A stretch of 63,536 nucleotides of DNA, the filler included, from Reclinomonas americana ATCC 50394 (lineage: Eukaryota): assembly GCA_048213135.1 (NCBI GenBank). It is 8 parts of 5 records of this genome, joined end to end, with 100 filler letters (N's around TTAATTAATTAA, not from the genome) between each part and the next. Parts side by side here need not be neighbours in the genome. Positions count along the whole stretch, not along the records: positions 37,691 to 46,639 come from PS015678.1; positions 46,740 to 47,891 come from PS015679.1; positions 47,992 to 55,909 come from PS015679.1; 5 more parts are not named here. One strand, 5' to 3'. Shown here piece by piece: positions 38,640-49,461 of this stretch (its first letter is position 1; every line of letters begins with the position of its first letter). The notes under the pieces were generated by a model. The model was not told the DNA's origin and made no database searches. It saw nothing but the letters and a program-made list of their open reading frames with translations. A program made the translations under genes and the position numbers.

Positions 38640-41600
38640 TCAGATCTTCACGCCCGACGTGCAGTCCCCACTCGTGGCACACGCTGTCGCCATCGACGTG
38701 GCCACCACGCCGCTCTTCGGCACACACTGCTTTGTCGACGCTGTGAATGTCCACGAGCCGCAGGCGGTCAACTGCGAGCACCACAGTGAGCATGCCTGCG
38801 GCCCGGTAGTTGTCTTGATGGCCCACGTGAGATCGCCACCAGGTCGATCTGCATGCAAGCAACCAACACATCAGTCACAGATCTCTTCATGTCTCATCAT
38901 CTCTCTTCTCAGCGAGGACTCACCCGTGCTCGTCTGGAAACCGCTGCTGTCATACGCTGCCGCACTCGTCTTGCGTCCCGACACCAAACAGAAGTGCGAG
39001 CCACACACATTGCTGGTCTCTGCATTGGCTGCTGTGGCTGGCACAGTGCTCTGCGTGCAACAAACGAAGCGGTGAGTTTGACAGTCTCACACAATCCCTC
39101 TCTCATCTCGGATCACGTGCCTTCAGTGTGCACACACTTGCTCCAGATGTGTTCGATGCAGCGGCAGCATCCAAAAAGGTCCACGATCGACAAAGAGGGT
39201 ACTGGTCGCACAGTTCACAGCACCCGACTTCGCTGAGAACAGAAGGCATCGAACCCAGGATCGTGCCGCCGGGTCGATCCACAGCCTCGAACTGGCACAC
39301 TTCCAACGCCGCTGTTCGAGGCAATTACAAGTGAGAAGGCGACAATTTAGAACATCTGTGATACTAAACAACGCAACGAGCGACCACTCCATTCTGCACC
39401 GTTGAACAACCCGTACTCATTGCTGCACAAGCACCCGTTATAATGAGCACCATCCATATTTTCGCATTTCTGTAAACGCGCTGCGTTGCAGGAAAGAGAG
39501 GGCGACAACAATCACACAAATCTGCGGCTTCGGTGCTCCCTTCCCCTTCCCTTCAAGGATTTATGCTGTCTTTTCTCTGAATGTACTGCCATGCAAAGTA
39601 AGACAGGACGACGGTAGTCAAATGAATCTGCTACTTCCGTTCGCTCTCTCCCTCTGTTCCCCTCCCTTCCCCATCACGCACCATAGACAATCATGAACTG
39701 CTTGGTGTACGACAGCGCCCCGTCGCTCACTTGCACAAACACTTGCAGTCGCCGACTCAGCGGCGGAGCCACCGAGATTGTCAGCTGATTGCCACCAACC
39801 AGACTGAAAAGAGCCGCGTGCACACCGCCCACAATGCTGAATGTCGGCGTCTGTCCCGTGTTGAGATCCACCATGCTCAGTGTGCCCACCGTGAACGGCA
39901 CCGCAGCACTCGAGTACGTCTGCGCACCAGACAGCAGAATGTCGCTCGGACCAACACTCCCTGCACATTCACATAGACAAAGGTTCAGCTCATTTTCTCA
40001 GCCTCCTCCCTCTCCTCTCCCTCTTCCCACTTCCTCTCCCTCTCTCTCCACCTCTCTCTCCCTCCTCCCCTCACACCTTACCCCCCCCCCCCCCACTCCC
40101 TCTCCTTCTCCTTCTCCCCTCTCCCTTTCCCCCGTTCCTCACCAATGGCGAAAGTCGACACCGCCAGATATGTCTTGGTTGACGCCCAGCGTGTGCACAG
40201 CTCGTACGTGCCTGTAGCTGCACCCGCCGCTCCGATCGTCAGTGTGATGCTGGTCGCACTGCCGAACGCGCTGCTGATGCTGGTGCTTGCCACGGCCGTC
40301 GGCGGTGTCGCGGCGCCACAAAGGGGAGTGGCCACCACATAAGCCGACGCATCGGCCGAGTTGTTCACAAGCGCGGTTCCCGTCAGTGTTATCAGCTGGC
40401 CAGCCAGTGCCGACACAAAGGTGGCCGACAGCGATGTCACAGTGGGTACTGCAGTGAGGCAAAGGCAAATCAGCATCATCGTTCATCACAACAACACACA
40501 ATCAGAGTAGCACGCAACCGGCAATGTTGAGGGTCTGATCGAACGACATGGCAGGATTACCGTTGTCGGTCGTACGTACAATCACCACCAGCGACGTCGT
40601 CACACCCGCAGTCGCAAACTGCAGCTGGTTGCCAGACGCAACCGTCACCAGTGCACTGCTCGCACCACCCACCACCGAATACGTGAACGACTGCTGCGAG
40701 TTCACATCACTCGTGCTCATCGTGCCGATCGCCTGCCCCATCGCACTGGGCGTAATGTACGAACTCGCACTCAGTGTCACCGCCGTCGGCGCATTATTCA
40801 CTGCGTGAAGACAAGTTAAGCATCCACACCAAGGAACAAACACCGCTCTCAATCAGCCATCTACTCACCCGACGTCACACTGAATGACTTGTCGAAGAAC
40901 GTCGGAGGTGTGCCATTGTCGAACGAGCGGATCGTGACAGCCAGTGGACTGCCCGACTGGCCCGACGACGTGATCTGCAGCTGCGCGCCAGCGCTTACCG
41001 AAAACGCACTGCCATTCGCTCCTCCACTGACCGCGTACGTAAACGACTGTCCCACGTTATCGTCGCTGGTGCTCATCGTGCACACGGCCGTGTTGGCCGT
41101 CGACGGTGCAACATAGGTGGTGGCAGAGCACGCAATGTCGGTCGGCGTCGAGTTGGAGGTCGTGAAGGACATGGTGGAGCCAGTGAGAGTGCTGGGCACG
41201 GTGGATGTGGACAGGGCACGGAAGTAGTACGTCCAGTTGGCGGCGAGTGGTGTCAGTGATGCGGTGAGGGCGGTCCTGGAGGCGACGCCGGAGGTGGCAG
41301 GGGTGGCCGAGACGGTGGTGGAGCCGATGGTGAGTCGGCGGACGGTGTTGTTGGTAAAGTCTGCAAGCAAGAAAGAAACGACAGTGATCATCACGTCACC
41401 GCTCGCAATGTGCTACCAATCTCGTACCCGGAATGTACAGTGTGGACGTCGCCGCATCGTAAGCGATGTAGTGCTGCATTCAATGTTACGCAATTAAGAT
41501 GCAAGCAGGCTGCTGACTAGATTGTGAAAGCGCGTACCGGCTGGATGAACCGAGCAACAGTGAGCGGGCTCCCATCAGCCGATCCAGTGGACCCCGCAGC

Positions 41601-41948
41601 ACCCGCGATGGTCGTGACAGCACCCGTGCTAATAACGATTCGGCGGATCGTTTGGTTGCCCGCCTTTGCGGATCGCAAGTGATGAGTCAACGATTAGATG
41701 AGCAGCGATCTCAGCGCAATTCGCAACTTCAGAGACGTAAAAGACTCCTCGTCCTCGATCCAACTGGATGCCAACAGGTCCGTTGAAATAAGCAGCAGTG
41801 CCCGTGGCATCAGTCGATCCCGCAGTGCCGGTGAGCGAGCCAGCCAGAGTCGATACCGTCATCGCCAGCATGTCGATCGCGCGAACATTATTCCCATTAC
41901 GGTCAGCTACTTGCCACCACCGTGTAAGTACTATTCCTTCTGCTGAAA

Positions 41949-41984
<36 letters not shown>

Positions 41985-43390
41985 CACACACCGACGTACA
42001 GCCGATTGGCCGTCGAATCCAATGCCACGCCGTTCGGTCCACCAAACTGTGCCGTGGCACAAGCGCCATCAACCGTGCCCTGCGTCCCAATTGTACCGCA
42101 GTAGGTGGTGACCTCGCCGCCATAAGTGACCTGCGTTGCGGGAAGATCAGGAGATGAGTTCACTCACTTGCACATCAGGTGCAGATGATGCCTGCACGCA
42201 CCTTCCTGACAGCTTTGTTCTGCCAGTCACCAACATATGCCGCTTTGTTGGCCGCATCAACTACAATGCCGTGTGGAGACTTAAACCTGGCGCTCGACCC
42301 GGTGCCGTTCGCAGTGCCAAGAGTTCCGTTGCCAGCCAGAGTCGACACAGAGCCGGAAGGAGTGCTCACACGAATTNNNNNNNNNNNNNNNNNNNNNNNN
42401 NNNNNNNNNNNNNNNNNNNNNNNNNNNNNNNNNNNNNNNNNNNNNNNNNNNNNNNNNNNNNNNNNNNNNNNNNNNNNNNNNNNNNNNNNNNNNNNNNNNN
42501 NNNNNNNNNNNNNNNNNNNNNNNNNNNNNNNNNNNNNNNNNNNNNNNNNNNNNNNNNNNNNNNNNNNNNNNNNNNNNNNNNNNNNNNNNNNNNNNNNNNN
42601 NNNNNNNNNNNNNNNNNNNNNNNNNNNNNNNNNNNNNNNNNNNNNNNNNNNNNNNNNNNNNNNNNNNNNNNNNNNNNNNNNNNNNNNNNNNNNNNNNNNN
42701 NNNNNNNNNNNNNNNNNNNNNNNNNNNNNNNNNNNNNNNNNNNNNNNNNNNNNNNNNNNNNNNNNNNNNNNNNNNNNNNNNNNNNNNNNNNNNNNNNNNN
42801 NNNNNNNNNNNNNNNNNNNNNNNNNNNNNNNNNNNNNNNNNNNNNNNNNNNNNNNNNNNNNNNNNNNNNNNNNNNNNNNNNNNNNNNNNNNNNNNNNNNN
42901 NNNNNNNNNNNNNNNNNNNNNNNNNNNNNNNNNNNNNNNNNNNNNNNNNNNNNNNNNNNNNNNNNNNNNNNNNNNNNNNNNNNNNNNNNNNNNNNNNNNN
43001 NNNNNNNNNNNNNNNNNNNNNNNNNNNNNNNNNNNNNNNNNNNNNNNNNNNNNNNNNNNNNNNNNNNNNNNNNNNNNNNNNNNNNNNNNNNNNNNNNNNN
43101 NNNNNNNNNNNNNNNNNNNNNNNNNNNNNNNNNNNNNNNNNNNNNNNNNNNNNNNNNNNNNNNNNNNNNNNNNNNNNNNNNNNNNNNNNNNNNNNNNNNN
43201 NNNNNNNNNNNNNNNNNNNNNNNNNNNNNNNNNNNNNNNNNNNNNNNNNNNNNNNNNNNNNNNNNNNNNNNNNNNNNNNNNNNNNNNNNNNNNNNNACGT
43301 ACGTACGTACGTACGTACGTACGTACGTACGTACGTACGTACGTACGTACGTACGTACGTACGTACGTACGTACGTACGTACGTACGTAC

Positions 43391-43467
<77 letters not shown>

Positions 43468-46400
43468 GATAACACAACGCAACGTCAGTAATGTACAAAT
43501 ACCCGGTGTTGAGGTCGATCGACACATTGGTGGGCGCGTTAAACCGTGCAGCAGTGCCGATTCCGTCAGTCAGACTCGACATTCCACCAGTTCCCAGAAA
43601 CGTCGACGTCACACCGCCAGTCGTCACTCGCCGGATCGTGTGATCGAACATAGAGCACACGTATGCAGTGCCCGCAGCATCAAACGTGACACTCTGTAAC
43701 AGACAGTCGTGAGATGTACGTACACATACTGTGGCAGGCGGTCTTCGGGCAGAGGACGAACCGAAGGGTTGACGAAGCGGGCAGCGTTTCCCGTACCATC
43801 CGTCGAGCCAGACATGCCCGCCGTGCCCAACCACGTCGACACCGTTGGAGTGACACCGAATGCAGCCGCAGTGGGCGCCCATTCAAACGAGTTGGTCATT
43901 GTCGAGGCCGCCACAGAGTTGCCCACCACGGCATTCAACGTCGCCGACGTCGTGGTCACACTGCTGGCCGCCAGGGTGGCCAGTGATTGGGTGGCTGTGA
44001 CGCACCAAAGGAGAAAGACGAACATTAACATTGTGAGTGACCAGCAGAAAGGGACAGCGGGAGGGAGAGGAGGAGAAGAGGAGAGGGAGAAAGAGGAGGG
44101 GAAGAAAGAGGAGGAGAAGAAGAAGATGAAGAACAAGAAGATGAAGAAAACGAAAGTAACTCGATGACGGTGACAAATTAACGAAGACGAGACAATAGGG
44201 AGAGAGAGAGAGAGAGAGAGAAATCCAGAACACACAAGACAATGCAGCTTCCGATCGCCTCACCCGTGGTGATGGTGAATGCCTTGTCGAAGAACAACGG
44301 CGGCGATCCATTGTCCGTCGACCGGACCGTCACCGCCAGCGAGCTGCCCGCCTGCCCCGCCGCCACAATCACCAACGACTGTCCGCTGATCGAAAACACT
44401 GCGCTGTTGGTGCCTCCAACGATCGAGTACGTGAACGACTGGCCCACATTCGTGTCCGTTGTCTGCAGCGCGCACACGACTTGATTCGCCACCGATGGCG
44501 ACACATACGTTGTCGACGAGCAACTGATGTTGGCCGGTGCCACATTGGCCACAGTGGAAAAGGACACAGTGGCGCCATTGATGGTGCTGGGTGTGGAAGT
44601 GACGCCGACGGCGCGATAGTAGTACGTCCAGTTGCTCGCCAATCCAGTCAGTGAGGCGGTGATGGAGGTGGCCAGAGAGCCAGTGGCGGTGGCGGGCGTG
44701 GCTGACGCAGACTGTGACGCCAGCGAGAGTCGACGGATGGTGAAATAAGTGTAATCTGATACCAGCACAGATGCCGTCGACGCATCGAAGGCGACAAAGT
44801 GGGGCTGAGCAAAGCGCGCCACGGTCAGAGCATCGCCATTGGCAGCACCAGCCGTGCCCGCCGCGCCAGCAATCGTCGTCACTGACGAGTCCGATACTCG
44901 GAATTGCCGCAAGGTGTTGTTGATAGCCTGCAGATAGCACGCATTCAGGTAATGAAGCAGCGAACGCGCAGAGGGTGTGTACTGAGATACTCAACATCGA
45001 CAATGTAGATGACGTTGTTTCCAGCGTCGTATGCCATTCCGATCGGCGTGCTGAAGCGAGCAGCCGTTCCTGTTGCATGAACATCGATGAACACCCCCCC
45101 GCAATAATCGATCACGCAGAGGTGCACGTGGTGGACATACCGGTGCCATCCGTGGATCCAGATGCGCCGCTCGTCGAACCCGCCACTGTCGTCACCGTCA
45201 TTGCCACAGTGTCGATGGCGCGGATGGAGTTGTTCACGCGGTCGGCTGCACGTACACACAAACAATGCACAGATGAGCACGGGAGGAAGGGCATCATCTC
45301 TCCGCACAGTGGCTCACCAACATACAGCGTGCTTCCGACGAGAAGCAGGCCGTTGGGACCACCGAATCGCGCAGTTCCCGCACATGTGCCATCGGCAGTG
45401 CCACCCACGACAGCCGAGCCACAAAAGGTCGTCACCACGCCGGCATAGGTCACTCGCCGAATGATTTTGTTGTTAATATCGCCCACGTACACGACTTGAT
45501 TCGTGGCATCCACCGCCACATCCGCAGGCTGATTGAAGGAGGCCGCTGCGCCCGTGGCATTGGCAATCCCCGCCGCTCCATTGCCCGCCAGCGTGGTGAC
45601 CACGGCCGCTGAGGTGACCGCACGCACAGCGTGGTTGGTCAACTGCGTGAAAGAGACGACACACAAGAGTCATCAGCATGCATCACACGTGATCATGCAC
45701 GCATGCCAGCAGCACACTCACATCGGCGACATAGATGGTTCCCGTGGTTTGGTCGACGGCGAGACCATAAACACTGCGAGTGAGTGAGCGAAGGGAGGAA
45801 GGGCGAGAGAGAGAGAGGGAGAGAGAACGCACTTTTTGAACTGTGCAGCCACTCCGGTGCCATCCACGAGGCCGCACGTGCTTCCCGCAAAGGTGGTCAC
45901 TGTGGCCGCAGGCGTAACCCGTCGAATGCGACAGTTGCTGCCATTATCATCAACACGCAAGAAAAAAGTGAGAAAATGCAGGTACGAGGAGGACCGACCG
46001 CGAGCGACGGGCAACGAAACAAGTAATCGCTCACGAACAGGTTGCCTGCGGCGTCAAAGGCCAGTCCCTGTGGAGAGAGCACACACTCACAGTGTCAGTA
46101 CAGCACACACACAAGGAGTACGAGCGCGATCGTTCACACCGCTGTATTTGTGAACAGAGCACTCGCGCCTACGCCGTCCGTCGTTCCCGACAAGCCTGAC
46201 GTGCCCACAAACATAGAGACAGTGGCAGTGGAAACGCCGAGGGTGGAAGAGTAGGGCGACCACTCGAATGAGTTGGTGGTGCCTCCAGCAACACTATTGG
46301 GATTGACCCACGCATTGAGTGTGGCAGATGTGCCAGTGATATTGCTGGCGACGGCCGTGGTCACTGTCTGGGCGTCTGTGGCGCGCACGGAGAGAAGAGA

Positions 46401-46600
46401 CGAGTGTGTGTGCGTGTGCAAGTGAGAGTCGAACGAGATATGCAGCGGAGTTAGGTTAAAGGCATAACACACACACAACTTGCAATGGTGGCTGAAGAGA
46501 GGATGAGTAAGTGGAGGAAGAGCGTGATGCTGAAGAGCGCGCGCAGCACGTTGAAGCGCGTGAGCGACCGAGGAGAGTCCCGTCGCTCACTGTCGACCAT
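38640..46600 (-). CDS. Giant secreted FN3/NHL/cadherin-like/IPT/PAN protein, copy B (near complete, more than 20 exons, one gap)
   Basis: ATG at 46600 with a hydrophobic leader, exon structure parallel to copies A and C, stop at 38640; no transmembrane helix seen at the C-terminus. Confidence 0.9.
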
Positions 46601-46625
46601 CACTGCGAAACAGCAGAAACGCCGA

Positions 46626-46639
46626 TTTTGGCGCCAAAA
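46626..46639. promoter_or_regulatory. E2F-like perfect palindrome TTTTGGCGCCAAAA upstream of copy B
   Basis: 26 bp upstream of the ATG; conserved with 29998-30009. Confidence 0.45.
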
Positions 46640-46683
46640 NNNNNNNNNNNNNNNNNNNNNNNNNNNNNNNNNNNNNNNNNNNN

Positions 46684-46695
46684 TTAATTAATTAA
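46684..46695. other. Artificial scaffold linker
   Basis: TTAATTAATTAA in N padding. Confidence 0.95.
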
Positions 46696-46769
46696 NNNNN
46701 NNNNNNNNNNNNNNNNNNNNNNNNNNNNNNNNNNNNNNNAAAATTACTCATTTCTATTTATTCGTTTGC

Positions 46770-46856
46770 AATCCCGACGTGCAGTCTCCTTCGGCACACA
46801 TTCCACGACCCGCAGGCGGTCAACTGTGAGCGACAGCTCCATTCTGCACTGCTGAA
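46770..46856 (-). pseudogene. Heavily deleted relic of the PAN-domain exons of the NHL/cadherin/PAN family
   Basis: Abutting blocks CCGACGTGCAGTC, CTTCGGCACACA, TCCACGACCCGCAGGCGGTCAACTG and ACAGCTCCATTCTGCAC match 30661-30781 and 31376-31392 in order. Confidence 0.8.
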
Positions 46857-47074
46857 TTGCCTGCGCCCCACCCTGCACATGCACCCAGGCTGTTTGCAAC
46901 GGAAGACCTCTCTCACTCCTCCCTCTCCCTCTCTCCCTCTCTCCCCCTCTTTAACACACAAGATACATTTACATTCTGTTTCTCATTGTCCTCACGCGTG
47001 CATGTTCCCGACACTGCTGCCAGGACACCCACCGAGGAGGAGACCGCGCGCGCGCGCCACACTGCAACTCACAT

Positions 47075-47756
47075 TCACTCGTCGTCCTCGTCGTCGTCGT
47101 CGTCGTCGTCATCCTCATCGTCATCCCCCTCCTCCTCCCCCTCGTCACCATCCTCCTCATCGACCTCGGCGCTCTCCAGCCATGAGATCACCGGCTTGAC
47201 CTTTTCGAGCAGCGGCTGCAGACGCACACGCTTCTTGGACGTCATGGCCTTGTGGTACCAGCCGAGGATGAACTCCTCCTCCAGCACGTCGAGGTCGTAG
47301 AGCTTCTTGAGAATGTGCGCCGCCATTGGCAGCACGTGCTTGGCGTTCCACTCCACGGCCACCTTTTCAAAGTAGCGCAGGACGAGTTTCTGGCCGGAGC
47401 CTTGTTCGGAGCCCTCCGTTTGGCGGAAGTACTGCGGACGAAGGGGAAGGGGAAGGTAAGGGGAAGGGAGAATAGGGGGAAGGGGGCAAAGGGGGGAAAG
47501 GGGGGAAAGGGGGCAAAGGGGAAAGGGGGAAAAGGGGAAAGGGGGAAAAGGGGAAAGGGGGAAAAGGGGGAAAGGGAGGGGAAAAGGGAGGGGAAAGGGG
47601 AGGGGAAGGGGAAGGGGGCAAAGGGGAAAGGGTCAAAAGGGACAAGGGGAAAGGGTCAAAAGGGAGGGAAAGAGGAAAAGGGGAAAGTGGACGAGACTCT
47701 GAGTGTGCATTGCTGAGGTCGGAATATACACATAGAGAGAGAGAGAGAGAAACGAA

Positions 47757-47854
<98 letters not shown>

Positions 47855-48158
47855 AGAGAGAGAGAGAGAGACGAGACGACGACGACGACGANNNNNNNNN
47901 NNNNNNNNNNNNNNNNNNNNNNNNNNNNNNNNNNNTTAATTAATTAANNNNNNNNNNNNNNNNNNNNNNNNNNNNNNNNNNNNNNNNNNNNAGAGAGAGA
48001 GAGAGTGAAGAGAGAGTGAGAGAGAAGAGAGAGAGAGAGTGAAGAGTGAGTGAGAGAGAAGAGAGAGAGAGTGAGAAGGGAGGGAGAGAAGAAGACTGAA
48101 AGACGCAAATGACGAAGGGCAAGAGAAAGCGAAAGAAAGATTGAGCAAACAGACAGGC

Positions 48159-48197
<39 letters not shown>

Positions 48198-48508
48198 GAG
48201 AGTGAGAGCGTTCAAGGGAGAGATAGAGAGAGAGAGAGAGAGAGAGAATGAGATGAATGAGAAGAGTGAGAGCAAGAGGCAGAGGGGCGAGAGAGAGAGA
48301 GAAGGGCGAGAAGGACAGTCTGAGTTGAAGTGGCACGCACGGCGAGAGACACAAAGGAGAGAAGAGTGAGAAACAGTGCAGATCAATCTCTGCTGCTGCA
48401 TCACTCGCGCGACCCACCATTTCCGCGTCCCTCAATCTTGGACTGCAGCGCAGGCATCTTGTAACGATAGAACTCGTCCTTGACATCACCAATGTTGACA
48501 GTCGCCAT
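47075..48508 (-). CDS. EIF5: Translation initiation factor eIF5 (first coding exon 48508-48418, last exon 47431-47075; middle exons lost at the linker)
   Basis: N-terminus VNIGDVKDEFYRYKMPALQSKIEGRGNG; W2 domain ILKKLYDLDVLEEEFILGW..KPVISWLESAE with acidic tail. Confidence 0.92.
47936..47947. other. Artificial scaffold linker
   Basis: TTAATTAATTAA in N padding; lies inside eIF5, so scaffold order is meaningful at least here. Confidence 0.95.
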
Positions 48509-49175
48509 GGTTGCTTGCTTGATACGAAGAAAAGAGAGTTGAAGTGTGAACTGGAAATAGACCCCCATTAAAAAACCAAGACACACACACACAAGTCGCG
48601 CAAACAGAGTGCGTGAGACAGGCGCAGAGACACACATAGGCAGAGAGAGAGAGAGGAAAAAAGTGAGTGACTTTGGGCGACATGTCTCAAGATGGACATG
48701 TGCACTTTTATCTCACCTTTTTGTTTGTTTGTTGAGGTGTTGCTAGTTGCTTGTTAGTGAGCTGCTGTTGCGATGTGCTGTCCTTCGTGCTTCTTCTTCT
48801 TCAGTCCGTTGTTGAAGAGACAGGGCGCGGAGAACATAAAAAGGGGTAGTTGACACAGAGAGAAGGCGGGAGAGATGTGTGTGTGTTGTTGTTGTGTGTG
48901 TGTGTGTTGACTGCAGCAATCGGTGGGTCAACTTGTGGCGTTCTGAGTGCGATGGGTGTGTGTGAGTTGGTGAGAAGCCGCGCAAATTTTCACCAGTTTC
49001 CGGCGGCCTACATAACTCGGGTATACACAAGCATGCAAGCAGGGACGGCAACTTGCACCAAATCGGCCTGAGTATTGGCCGTCAGCGACGAGACAATGGA
49101 GACAGTACCATGGACCGCAAACGTTAAAGTTGAGAGAGACCAGCCGTGCGAAACTACATCTCCCTTCACTCCCTC

Positions 49176-49429
49176 TCACTTGCCCGACTGACTCAGCGAC
49201 TTGAGCAGCGACGAGAACATTCCACCTCCTGCAGCTGCACTGCCACTCGCCATGGGCGTCAAATTGGAACTGCTGGCACTGCGCATGCTCTGCTCGCCCA
49301 TGATGAGTATCAGCCCGCCAACTACCCCCTTCCCTCCTCCCACCACACACACACACACCTGCATATCCGACTCCCATCCGCTGCTGCTCGCCGACGACCG
49401 CGATCCGGGTGAACTCGCTCGACTGGCCT

Positions 49430-49461
<32 letters not shown>

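Noticed and set aside
43297..43392. (ACGT)n palindromic microsatellite; similar TAC/GAC/TAG runs at 19455, 24733, 47871 and 55897
   Set aside because: Always at contig ends next to (GA)n or (GT)n runs and gaps. This matches pyrosequencing TACG flow-order noise and is probably artefact.
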